This document shows, piece after piece, positions 8,956-17,405 of a DNA stretch of 64,000 nt (its first letter is position 1; the number at the start of each line of letters is the position of its first letter). Below the pieces are notes generated by a model. It was not told the DNA's origin. It was given only the letters and a program-made list of their open reading frames with translations, and did no database searches. Origin of the DNA: Bradymonadia bacterium (GTDB lineage Bacteria; Myxococcota_A; Bradymonadia; UBA7976; UBA1532); NCBI GenBank assembly GCA_046290225.1, contig JBKAGE010000003.1, forward strand, positions 1 to 64,000, in the 5' to 3' direction. The translations under genes and the position numbers were made by a program.

Positions 8956-10497
8956 TCAGCGAGCGTATTGCACCGCCCGGGTCTCTCGAATCACGGTGAT
9001 CTTGATGTCACCGGGGTAGGTCAGCTCGTCCTGCACGCGCCGGGCGATGTCGCGGCACAGCAACTGAGCCTCGCGATCGGTGACCTCGGCGTTCTCCACG
9101 AGCACGCGGACCTCACGACCGGACTGAATGGCGTAGCACCGCTCCACCCCATCGAACTCCAGGACCAGCGCCTCGAGATCTTCCAGGCGCTTGATGAAGG
9201 CGGCGAGGGTCTCCATCCGCGCCCCGGGGCGTCCGGCGGAGAGGGCGTTGGCGGCGCCCACGATGTGGGCGAGGATCGACCGAGGCTGCTCGTTCTCGTG
9301 ATGGGCGGCGATGGCGTGCACCACAGCCTTGTGCTCCCCATGCTTGCGGGCCAGGGCAGCGCCCACGAGCGCGTGGGGGCCTTCGACCTCTTGCTCGATG
9401 GCCTTGCCGATGTCGTGCAGCAACCCGGCCCGACGGGCCTGCTTCTCGTTGAGGCCCAGTTCGGCGGCGATGGCCCCGGCGAGGAAGCCCACCTCGATGC
9501 TGTGGCGCAGCACGTTCTGAGCGAAGGTCTGTCGGAAATGCAGCTGTCCGAGGTGCTTCACCAGGACCGGGTGCAGGTTGCTCACCTCAAGCTCCAGGGT
9601 GGCCGCCTCGCCGTGCTTACGCACCACCTGCTCCATCTCGGAGGTGGCCTTGGACACCACCTCTTCGATGCGGGTGGGGTGGATGCGCCCGTCGGTGAGC
9701 AGCTTCTCCAGGGCGATCTTGGCGATCTCTCGACGCACGGGGTTGAAGCCGCTCACCACCACCGCTTCGGGGGTGTCGTCAATGATCAGATCACAGCCTG
9801 TGGCCGCCTCGAAGGCGCGGATGTTACGGCCCTCGCGGCCGATGATGCGGCCCTTCATCTCGTCAGAGGGCAGGTTGACCACGGTGACCGTTCGATCGGC
9901 CACATGCTCACCGGCGTAGCGCTGGATCGCGGCGCTCACCACCATACGGGCTCGATCTTCAGCGAGCTTGCGGGCCTCTGCTTCGACGGCGATGACCTCT
10001 TCGATGCTCTTGCGCCGGGCGTCTTCTCGGACCTCGTCCACGAGCTGCTGTCGGGCCTCTTCTTGAGAGATGCCCGCCACGCGCTCGAGCTGACGACGCG
10101 CCTCGGCGAGGGTGGTCTCGAGATCGTCCTCCTGACGGGCGACGCGCTTCTCGCGGCGGCCGAGCTCCTTCTCTCGCTTGGCCAGCTGGTTGTCCTTGCG
10201 GTTGATCTGCTCCGATCGTTTCTCGATGGTTTCTTCTTTTTTGTGCAGCCGCTCTTCGCGGGTGGTCAGCTCCTGGCGGCGACGGGCCGCCTCGGCATCT
10301 GCCTCCGACGTAAGAGCCACCGCCTGCTCGCGGCCGGCGATCTCTGCTTCCTTCTTCAGTCGCTCGGCTTCGGCTTCAGCGTTGCGCTGCTGCTCTGCGA
10401 GGCGACTCTCCAATTCCGAGCGTCCCCGACGGGCGAATACGAGGCCGAAGACGGCCCCGAGCGCCACGCCGACGATCGCGCTGATGACGTACTCCAT
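8956..10497 (-). CDS. rny: Ribonuclease Y
   Basis: N-terminal TM, coiled coil, KH domain (MKGRIIGREGRNIR), HD domain (QNVLRHS, GLLHDIGK), C-terminal AIQSGREVRV...YPGDIKITVIRE. Confidence 0.95.
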   Translation of the reverse strand: MEYVISAIVGVALGAVFGLVFARRGRSELESRLAEQQRNAEAEAERLKKEAEIAGREQAVALTSEADAEAARRRQELTTREERLHKKEETIEKRSEQINRKDNQLAKREKELGRREKRVARQEDDLETTLAEARRQLERVAGISQEEARQQLVDEVREDARRKSIEEVIAVEAEARKLAEDRARMVVSAAIQRYAGEHVADRTVTVVNLPSDEMKGRIIGREGRNIRAFEAATGCDLIIDDTPEAVVVSGFNPVRREIAKIALEKLLTDGRIHPTRIEEVVSKATSEMEQVVRKHGEAATLELEVSNLHPVLVKHLGQLHFRQTFAQNVLRHSIEVGFLAGAIAAELGLNEKQARRAGLLHDIGKAIEQEVEGPHALVGAALARKHGEHKAVVHAIAAHHENEQPRSILAHIVGAANALSAGRPGARMETLAAFIKRLEDLEALVLEFDGVERCYAIQSGREVRVLVENAEVTDREAQLLCRDIARRVQDELTYPGDIKITVIRETRAVQYAR

Positions 10498-10588
10498 GGG
10501 GGTGCTTTTCTCTCAGTTGCTCAAGGGCACGCGGTGTTTTAACCCAGGCGGCCTCAACTGGCCATGATCTGTATTGGATTTCGGGGGA

Positions 10589-11149
10589 TTACCGGAGTGC
10601 AAAGGTGTGCACACCGCCTTCGGTCACCAGAAGATCCAGTGGTTGGTCCCACGGGGCTGCGGAGATCTGGTCGATCAGCTGGCACTCGTAGGCGAGCCCC
10701 AGCCGCGTCGCAGGCAGGTCGGGGAGCGTGCGATCGTACGCCCCTGCGCCCATCCCGATGCGATGACCCCGGCGATCGAAGAGGGTGCCTGGCACCACGA
10801 TGACCGCCAGTTGTTCGGCGTCGACAACAGGTCCCTCGGGCACCGGCAGTCCGAATCGTGTGGTCTGCCATCGCTCAGCGACGACGAAGGTGAGCGGTGC
10901 CCGAGGCGTGTGGAGCGCGTACACGACTTGCCGACCAAGCCGCGCGCATCCTTCAGCGACGAGATCGGTGCCCACCTCTCCGTCATAGGCCCGGTAGAGC
11001 GCAACGGGCCCATCGGGGGCATCGGCGATGCAGGCGAGCGCATCCATGGCGATGGCGTGATCGAAGCGCTGACGATGTTCGGCAGGGATCGAGCGTCGCG
11101 CGGCCCGGCCTCTCTCTCGAAGGGCCACCCGCTCAGGCGTCGAGGGCAT
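10589..11149 (-). CDS. ygfA: 5-formyltetrahydrofolate cyclo-ligase
   Basis: VPGTLFDRRGHRIGMGAGAYDR, GLAYECQ, PWDQPLD; sits between zapA and rny. Confidence 0.9.
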   Translation of the reverse strand: MPSTPERVALRERGRAARRSIPAEHRQRFDHAIAMDALACIADAPDGPVALYRAYDGEVGTDLVAEGCARLGRQVVYALHTPRAPLTFVVAERWQTTRFGLPVPEGPVVDAEQLAVIVVPGTLFDRRGHRIGMGAGAYDRTLPDLPATRLGLAYECQLIDQISAAPWDQPLDLLVTEGGVHTFALR

Positions 11150-11474
11150 CCGGATCGACCTCGGACTCGCTCACGAGCTCAGCCACCATGGGGGGCTCAC
11201 CTGCGGCGAGGGCGTCGAGGGTGTCGGCGAGATCGAGCACATCCTGAGCGATGGTGGTCTTGAGACGCTGGTTCTCTTCGCGCAGGCGCTCGACCTCGCC
11301 GGCGAAGCCCAGGGCGGCCATCAGCGCAGCGGTGTGGGGGCTGGCCCCGCTGCCCCGGGCTGTCTGAACATGCTGGTCGACGATGGCGGCGAGGGCCTGC
11401 ACATGCTCGGAGGGCACATTGCTGCGCACTGTGATCCGCTGCCCGGCGATGTGAAGCAGATGGGTCTGGCTCAT
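11133..11474 (-). CDS. zapA: Cell division protein ZapA
   Basis: IAGQRITVRS...HVQALAAIVD...AALMAAL followed by a coiled coil; canonical zapA-ygfA-rny order. Confidence 0.8.
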   Translation of the reverse strand: MSQTHLLHIAGQRITVRSNVPSEHVQALAAIVDQHVQTARGSGASPHTAALMAALGFAGEVERLREENQRLKTTIAQDVLDLADTLDALAAGEPPMVAELVSESEVDPDALDA

Positions 11475-11480
11475 AGGGGT

Positions 11481-11509
11481 GTTGTATGCTGGTGATCGGC
11501 CGTCGTCAA
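11481..11509 (-). promoter_or_regulatory. sigma70-type promoter for zapA-ygfA-rny, probably leaderless
   Basis: Minus strand TTGACG-N17-TACAAC, ending 6 nt before the zapA ATG. Confidence 0.55.
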
Positions 11510-11550
11510 CGCGATGGCCAACGTATCTGAAGAAACTCGTTTCAGTAGAC

Positions 11551-11579
11551 TTGACACCGTAGATCACCTCGGCTACAAA
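11551..11579 (+). promoter_or_regulatory. sigma70-type promoter of the tRNA pair
   Basis: TTGACA-N17-TACAAA followed by a GC-rich discriminator-like stretch, 23 nt before tRNA-Lys. Confidence 0.7.
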
Positions 11580-11602
11580 ACGCGTCGCCTCTGCTGGGGC
11601 AT

Positions 11603-11675
11603 GGGCTGTTAGCTCAATTGGTAGAGCAGTGGACTTTTAATCCATTGGTTCTGGGTTCGAGCCCCAGGCGGCCCA
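11603..11675 (+). tRNA. tRNA-Lys (anticodon TTT)
   Basis: GGGCTGT/GCGGCCC acceptor stem, D arm GCTCAATTGGTAGAGC, anticodon loop CTTTTAA, T loop TTCGAGC; CCA not encoded. Confidence 0.97.
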
Positions 11676-11693
11676 TTTTACAACATCCTCTGG

Positions 11694-11768
11694 GTCCCCA
11701 TCGTCTAGTCAGGCCCAGGACACCGCCCTTTCAAGGCGGCGACGCGGGTTCAAATCCCGCTGGGGACG
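11694..11768 (+). tRNA. tRNA-Glu (anticodon TTC)
   Basis: GTCCCCA/TGGGGAC acceptor stem, anticodon arm CCGCC-CTTTCAA-GGCGG, T arm GCGGG-TTCAAAT-CCCGC; CCA not encoded. Confidence 0.97.
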
Positions 11769-11774
11769 CTCTCG

Positions 11775-11810
11775 AAAACGCCGATTCCGCAAGGGGTCGG
11801 CGTTTTTTTT
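11775..11810 (+). terminator. Intrinsic terminator after the tRNA pair
   Basis: AAAACGCCGATTCC-GCAA-GGGGTCGGCG-TTTTTTTT. Confidence 0.9.
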
Positions 11811-11843
11811 ATGCCCTGGGCCGAGCGTTGTCGAGCGGGAGCG

Positions 11844-12206
11844 ATGAGAACGAGCAACTCAGACAACACCATCATTGCACGCTCAGAGGTTCGAGCGCTT
11901 GTCTCAGCCCATCAGGGGGAATGCTCGCGATATTGCATCGTCTGGTCTCGCCCTACAGGCGCTCTGGCTCCCGAAACACGTCAGAGCCGGCGAGATGCGA
12001 TCCAGCTCTTCCTCGCTGCCTACACAACCTTGGTGAATGTTCTGGATGAACCTGACTACGACTTCTGGGTGCAGTCTCACCTGAGGGGCGTCGATTGTCA
12101 GGCGACATGGGACTTCGACGACTACCGTTGGTCGCTTTGGCTGGATGAGAGGCCAGATGGGTCAGCTGCGGTGTTTCTTCAGCGTAACCTCGGATCCGAC
12201 GACTGA
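11844..12206 (+). CDS. Hypothetical protein
   Basis: 120 aa ORF after GGGAG; fills the gap between the terminator and a convergent gene; no motif recognised. Confidence 0.45.
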   Translation: MRTSNSDNTIIARSEVRALVSAHQGECSRYCIVWSRPTGALAPETRQSRRDAIQLFLAAYTTLVNVLDEPDYDFWVQSHLRGVDCQATWDFDDYRWSLWLDERPDGSAAVFLQRNLGSDD

Positions 12207-12246
12207 CGCGCCCGCTGCGTACTTGTGCTGTGGGCTGTCTGCCAAA

Positions 12247-13494
12247 TCACCAGAACTTCCACCACGGCTTCTTGCGCTGAGGCCGCTCAGCATTTCGCTG
12301 TGCGTGGAACGTCTCGAGAGCCTTCTCCATAGCTGCGTCGTCGGCGTCTGGTGCGAGGACGAACAAGGCGCTCATCTTGATGTTGTGCAGCTCTTCCTTG
12401 GGCACACCCGACTCGAGCACTTGATTGATCCCATTGACCTCGGCGCTTCTACACCCCAGGGCAACTGCCGATTCCTGGTGTGGTCCCGTGAGCAGATCGT
12501 GGGCCAACATGAGGGTGCGGGCGTATGCGGCGTTGTGCATCAGGTGAGCATCTTGCGTCGAGCCGTCGGCGTGCACCATCTGGTACACATGAGAGAAACC
12601 GACCCCCATCTGCCCAAGTAGCTGTCTGCCCAGGGCGATCTCGGCAAACTTGAAGACACTCCACACGATCTCCGGTGGTGTACTGGCGTTCTCCAGGGCG
12701 TCGATACCCACGTCGATGTCGCAGTCGGGACCCACCGCGGCGACAAACCTGATGATGGCGTCATCGATCTGCCGTGCGAACGCCACCTCAGCTGGTGGGC
12801 TGAAGAAGACCGCGTATCGGGTGAGTAGACCCCGCTGCCTGGCATGAATTTCGGTGTAGAGATCGTCGTGGTAGTTGGCGACGTGGCTGTCAGCCTCCAG
12901 ATCTCGACTCCAGCCCTGATGCTCGAGGTTGCCCATGGTGACCTTGACCATGTGAACGGCCTGTGGGGGCACCATGGTGTGGGCATAGTCGAAGATCCAG
13001 GCATCGCTGAAGGCGGCCATGTCGATGTCACCGTCGAAGGCTCTCATCCGCATGGGCCCGACAAAGCCAGAGTGCTCTCGAACGCCGAGCGCTTCGCGGC
13101 CGGTGAACTGGACGGCGCCGAGCACTTCTCGCTGGTGTATGCAGGACAAGACGAGCGGCGCCACCATCTGTACCCAGACGAGGCCCGCCTCTTCGATGGC
13201 TGTAGAGCGGTCCTCGTCGGCGCCCATGACACACGCGTCGAACGGTTCTGGGTAGCCCTCGATGGCGGCAAAGACGTGGCAGTGGGCCATCACTGAGCCG
13301 CTATCCGGGGGCTCGATCATCACAGTGAGCGTGACCTTGCCATCGCACAGCAACATATGATCGATGTGGCGTTCCATCTGGCCGCGGAGTTCGGACTCGA
13401 TGGAATCGAGGTGATTGTAGATGCTGGTGAGGAGTTCGCTGACTTCACTCAAGACTCGCCCTTGTGTTGGTGCCCTGCTGATTCGACCATACAT
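12247..13494 (-). CDS. Hypothetical protein with C-terminal KKPWWKFW tail (possibly DUF6348-like)
   Basis: 415 aa ORF ending RKKPWWKFW; start uncertain. Confidence 0.7.
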   Translation of the reverse strand: MYGRISRAPTQGRVLSEVSELLTSIYNHLDSIESELRGQMERHIDHMLLCDGKVTLTVMIEPPDSGSVMAHCHVFAAIEGYPEPFDACVMGADEDRSTAIEEAGLVWVQMVAPLVLSCIHQREVLGAVQFTGREALGVREHSGFVGPMRMRAFDGDIDMAAFSDAWIFDYAHTMVPPQAVHMVKVTMGNLEHQGWSRDLEADSHVANYHDDLYTEIHARQRGLLTRYAVFFSPPAEVAFARQIDDAIIRFVAAVGPDCDIDVGIDALENASTPPEIVWSVFKFAEIALGRQLLGQMGVGFSHVYQMVHADGSTQDAHLMHNAAYARTLMLAHDLLTGPHQESAVALGCRSAEVNGINQVLESGVPKEELHNIKMSALFVLAPDADDAAMEKALETFHAQRNAERPQRKKPWWKFW

Positions 13495-13530
13495 GACTTG
13501 ATGGCGCTGCGGGTGAGATGCTCGCGAAGC

Positions 13531-13599
13531 TCAGTCCCGGCTCCAGAACTTCCACCAGGGTGTCTTGGGCGCAGATGAGCGCGCTCTTTCCGCCTCAGC
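13531..13599 (-). pseudogene. Orphan 3' gene remnant encoding AEAERARSSAPKTPWWKFWSRD*
   Basis: Reads in frame to TGA, has no start codon and is preceded by an in-frame TAA at 13600-13602. Shares 15 identical nt with the end of the neighbouring gene. Confidence 0.6.
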
Positions 13600-13610
13600 T
13601 TAGGTCGCGC

Positions 13611-14444
13611 TCAAAGGCGAGTGCCCGTGACGATGTGCACCTCGGACTGCAGCCAGACTGCTCCTGAGCGTTCATATGGATGGAGACGACGCACGAGTGC
13701 CTGGTGAGCTTCGGCGGAGATCGCCTCGCCCTGATCTTTGAGGCTCTCGGCGAGCGAGAAAGAAGACATCGCAAAGTGCGCAGCTTCGTCGACGCTCAAG
13801 CCCCCACCTACAGGCAACTCACCGCGCCAGGTCTCGACGTGTAAGTTGGAGAATCCGCTGCGGTCGAGCAGAGCGAGAAAGGCATCCGCGTCGGCGTAGC
13901 GGACGGGCCCAGGTTGGTCAGGCTCAGGGGGCGGGAAGTCGACGAACTGCGCCAGGGCATCTTTGACCACCGTGAACCAGAGGTTGTTGCGCGGGGATCC
14001 CCAGACAGAAAAGGCGATGCGTCCACCGGGGGCGAGCCACCGCGTCAGCTGGCTGAAGGCGATGGGCGGATCGTCGAAGAACATGACTCCGAACCGCGAT
14101 GTGAGCCGATCATACTGCTGCGGTGGATCCGCGGTCTGCATGTCCGCGAGTGTGAAGCGCAGGCTGTGAGTATCGTTGGGGATCCGCGCCCGTGCGGCTT
14201 CGACGAGGGCAGGGGAGACATCATAGCCATGCACGACGGATCCTGCCGGTGCCTGCCGATGAATCTCGAAGGTCGCACCCCCACCGCCTGAACCGATCTC
14301 GGCGATCTGCGTGGGACCATCCAGCCGCAGGGCTTCGATGAGCAGGTCATTCACGGGGGCGAGCATGCCTTCGAATCGGTCGAGATGTGCGCGCCACCGC
14401 TCTCCGTGTCCAGTGCTCCAAGTCGGGGTGTCACCTTGGCTCAA
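13611..14444 (-). CDS. Class I SAM-dependent methyltransferase
   Basis: IAEIGSGGG motif I, GYDVS, SRFGVMFFDDP...LAPGGR; TTG start after AGGAG. Confidence 0.9.
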   Translation of the reverse strand: MSQGDTPTWSTGHGERWRAHLDRFEGMLAPVNDLLIEALRLDGPTQIAEIGSGGGGATFEIHRQAPAGSVVHGYDVSPALVEAARARIPNDTHSLRFTLADMQTADPPQQYDRLTSRFGVMFFDDPPIAFSQLTRWLAPGGRIAFSVWGSPRNNLWFTVVKDALAQFVDFPPPEPDQPGPVRYADADAFLALLDRSGFSNLHVETWRGELPVGGGLSVDEAAHFAMSSFSLAESLKDQGEAISAEAHQALVRRLHPYERSGAVWLQSEVHIVTGTRL

Positions 14445-14501
14445 GTGTAGGCTCCTGATGAAGTTTGAAAGATGCTTCGATATGAGTGCATGAGGACAAA
14501 A

Positions 14502-16085
14502 TCATCTGCGAGAGAAGCGCTCAATGCCGAAATTGAAAGCGGCCTCGATCGGTCGAGCCCCGACCAGATCGTCCATGTGTACGAGCCGCCCTTCGGCAAT
14601 CGCCATGTTGTGCATCTGAACAACACCTCGATACCACCAGGATCGCCAGCGACTAAAATGATCTGGATTGATGGAGACTTCGGGCAGTCGCAGGAGTACC
14701 GAGAGTAGGCCTGGAATCACGGCGTCGCATCGGATCAGATCATGTTCGAGACCTCTGCTGACCTCCTGATCGATTTGACCAATACACACATCCGCCAACC
14801 GCTGTGCGAAGTCGAGCGCTGCTGGGTGGGACAAACCATGAGGTGGGGGTCCATCCAACCAACCCGCCTCCAAGATTTGGGGACCAGCTTCACCATGCAA
14901 GATGCGGCTGAGATGGACGTTGACGCCGCCTGAGTAGAAGCTTGGCGTGCGACCGCTGTGCAGATCTGCGATCAAGCCTTTCCATTCTGGGGTCAAGGCA
15001 TGTGCAGGCGGCCGGTGCACCGCGAGAATTTCGCTCAACTCATCGGTGAATGGTGTGGGTGGTGTCGAACCCGCTGACCAGTCTGACCACACATGCGGAT
15101 CCAGATTGCCGCTGTCGAGCCTCCCCAGGCAGTGAACTGCGCCGATGATGGCCATGGCTGAGGTCTCGCAAGCTGGCATTTCTTTGATGAGCCGAACGGC
15201 CTGCATCACTTGCCCCGAAATATTTGCGACCCAGTCAGATCCACTCATCGCCAGAATGCCCTCACCCCAAGCCCAGCCTGTCGCGGCGGGCAGGGCCCCA
15301 GCCAGGAGGTGGGGGACATCCTCTGGGCCAAATCCCGGCTGAGGTATGATGGGGGTGAAGGGGCCCCTCAAAGAAGTGAACTTGAGCTCGCCATAGTAAA
15401 AGGCGTTGCGGATACATTGATTGTGCCCTTCGAGTTCATCCCGCTCTTCCTCTGACTGAATGAACAAGGATGCACTCCAGTTCGAGTGCCATTGGCTGAA
15501 CTTCTCAGATGGGATCGTGATGGGCTCGAGCAAGAGCAAAAGCGCCAATTCACCCAGGACTTCGATCTCTCTCACCAGATCAGGATCGGTTCCAGGTGTG
15601 ATCTCAGCGTCGAGGCGGCGCACACATTCGTCGGCTACACTCTGCACAAACGCTTGGGCTGCTGGGTGGTCAAAGCAGCCCTCGGGCGGACAAGCCCATG
15701 TACGATCGAGTCCACTTACCTCTCCAAAGCCGTGGAGTATTTCGTTGAGTGTTTGAGGGAGTTCGACCAGTCGATAGGGTGGCTCCTTGCCTGCTTCGAT
15801 GCGATTCAACGCTGTGTCGATTTCGGCTGTGAGACCAATCATATAGGGCCGATGGTCGCGCACAATTTCGGCGAAAATCGCCTGAGCATCGTTATCAGGA
15901 TCCAAGCTGTACGGGCTGAATTGCATGAGGAGTGCAATGCCAGCCAGGACCGTCATCGCTGTATCTTCTGAGGCCTCGGCGGTCTCGTGAACGTCCTCGA
16001 TGGCCGAGCTCACCCAAGCTCCAATGTCTACAACACCATCACCTGCACCATCATTTTGTAGGATGCCGCAGCCCCAACTGCCCAT
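14502..16085 (-). CDS. Hypothetical protein made of two tandem homologous domains (DUF4259-like N-termini)
   Basis: Starts MGSWGCGILQNDGA; second copy begins WAWGEGIL; the copies share ILHG, HPAAxxFxQxxADxC and FSxW. Confidence 0.7.
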   Translation of the reverse strand: MGSWGCGILQNDGAGDGVVDIGAWVSSAIEDVHETAEASEDTAMTVLAGIALLMQFSPYSLDPDNDAQAIFAEIVRDHRPYMIGLTAEIDTALNRIEAGKEPPYRLVELPQTLNEILHGFGEVSGLDRTWACPPEGCFDHPAAQAFVQSVADECVRRLDAEITPGTDPDLVREIEVLGELALLLLLEPITIPSEKFSQWHSNWSASLFIQSEEERDELEGHNQCIRNAFYYGELKFTSLRGPFTPIIPQPGFGPEDVPHLLAGALPAATGWAWGEGILAMSGSDWVANISGQVMQAVRLIKEMPACETSAMAIIGAVHCLGRLDSGNLDPHVWSDWSAGSTPPTPFTDELSEILAVHRPPAHALTPEWKGLIADLHSGRTPSFYSGGVNVHLSRILHGEAGPQILEAGWLDGPPPHGLSHPAALDFAQRLADVCIGQIDQEVSRGLEHDLIRCDAVIPGLLSVLLRLPEVSINPDHFSRWRSWWYRGVVQMHNMAIAEGRLVHMDDLVGARPIEAAFNFGIERFSRR

Positions 16086-16109
16086 AGTTTGACCCCCCCT
16101 GAACGCCAT

Positions 16110-16148
16110 AAAAAAAGCGCCCCCAGCATACACTGGAGACGCTCTTTT
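16110..16148 (-). terminator. Intrinsic terminator of sucAB
   Basis: Minus strand AGCGTCTCCAG-TGTATG-CTGGGGGCGCT followed by a T-run, just after the sucB stop. Confidence 0.8.
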
Positions 16149-16172
16149 ATACTATACGTACGTTCAGCCCTG

Positions 16173-17372
16173 TTAGACCTCTAGCAGCATCCGCACCGGA
16201 GACTCGCAGCACTCCTTCACCCGCTTCAGGAAGCTCACCGCCTCGCGGCCATCGACGATGCGGTGATCGTAGGTCAGCGCGATGTACATCATCGGCCGGA
16301 TCACCACCTCACCGTTCACCGCCACCGGGCGCTCCTGGATGCCGTGCATGCCCAGGATGCCGCTCTGCGGGGGGTTGATGATGGGCGTCGACAGCAGGGA
16401 GCCGTACACACCGCCGTTGGTGATGGTGAAGGTGCCGCCCATGAGCTCGTCGAGCTTGAGCTTGCCCGACTTGGCCCGGGCGCCGAAGTCGCGGATCGTG
16501 CCTTCCACCTGAGCGAAGCTGAGGCGCTCGGCATTGCGGATGACCGGGACCACGAGGCCCTTGCCACCGCCCACGGCGACGCCGATGTCGCAGTAGTTGT
16601 GGTAGACGATCTCGTTGCCGTCGATCTGGGCGTTCACCGCGGGGAAGGCCTTGAGGGCGTCGACCACGGCCTTCACGAAGAACGACATGAAGCCCAGCTT
16701 GATGCCGTTGGTGGCGACGAAGGCCTCCTGGTGGGTCTTGCGCAGACCCATGATCTCGCTCATGTCCACCTCGTTGAAGGTGGTCAGGAGCGCAGCGTTC
16801 TGCTGAGCCTCCACAAGGCGGCTGGCCACCGTGCGGCGCAGCGGCGTCATGGGCACCCGCTCCGTGGCCCGGGGGCCAGAAGGGGCCGCGGGGGCTGCCG
16901 GCGCAGCAGCTGCGGCCTTGGGGGCCTTCTTCGACTGCTCGACGTGACGAAGTACGTCTTCCTTGGTCACCCGACCGGAAGGGCCGGAGCCCGTCACCGC
17001 ACCGGGGGACACGCCATGCTCCTGCATGACCGCGCGGGCGGCGGGGCTGATGCGAGCGCCGTCACCTGCATCGGCAGAGGCCTCAGCAGCAGCAGGCTCC
17101 GCAGCGGCCTCCGCCTTGGGGGCGTCGCTCTCGGCCTTCTCTTCCATGTGGCCGAGGAGATCACCCACCTGGGCCTCGTCCCCGGCGTTGAGCAGGATCT
17201 CGGTGATGATGCCGGAGACCGGAGCGGGGACCTCCATGTTCACCTTGTCGGTCTCGATGACCACCACAGGCTCGTCCTGGGCGACCCACTCGCCCTTCTC
17301 TTTGAGCCACTCGCCGATGGTGACCTCGGTGATGGACTCGCCTACTGGGGGAATCTTGAGCTCCACAGCCAT
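16173..17372 (-). CDS. sucB: 2-oxoglutarate dehydrogenase E2, dihydrolipoyllysine succinyltransferase
   Basis: Lipoyl domain (ETDKV), E3-binding domain ([12 protein letters not shown]), catalytic DHRIVDG. Confidence 0.97.
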   Translation of the reverse strand: MAVELKIPPVGESITEVTIGEWLKEKGEWVAQDEPVVVIETDKVNMEVPAPVSGIITEILLNAGDEAQVGDLLGHMEEKAESDAPKAEAAAEPAAAEASADAGDGARISPAARAVMQEHGVSPGAVTGSGPSGRVTKEDVLRHVEQSKKAPKAAAAAPAAPAAPSGPRATERVPMTPLRRTVASRLVEAQQNAALLTTFNEVDMSEIMGLRKTHQEAFVATNGIKLGFMSFFVKAVVDALKAFPAVNAQIDGNEIVYHNYCDIGVAVGGGKGLVVPVIRNAERLSFAQVEGTIRDFGARAKSGKLKLDELMGGTFTITNGGVYGSLLSTPIINPPQSGILGMHGIQERPVAVNGEVVIRPMMYIALTYDHRIVDGREAVSFLKRVKECCESPVRMLLEV

Positions 17373-17405
17373 GCTGTCAGGCTCCTCTCATGATCGGTTT
17401 GAGGT

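Noticed and set aside
10498..10588. 6S RNA between ygfA and rny
   Set aside because: The gap is only 91 nt, with no long rod-like self-complementarity.
11618..12049. 143 aa ORF over the tRNA region
   Set aside because: It overlaps two clear tRNA genes and a terminator.
12207..16109. Integron cassette array (co-oriented accessory ORFs)
   Set aside because: I found no RYYYAAC...GTTRRRY attC-type inverted repeats in the spacers, and there is no intI.
11745..16170. Prophage or ICE integrated at tRNA-Glu/Lys
   Set aside because: No integrase, no phage or conjugation genes, and no repeat of either tRNA 3' end seen downstream.
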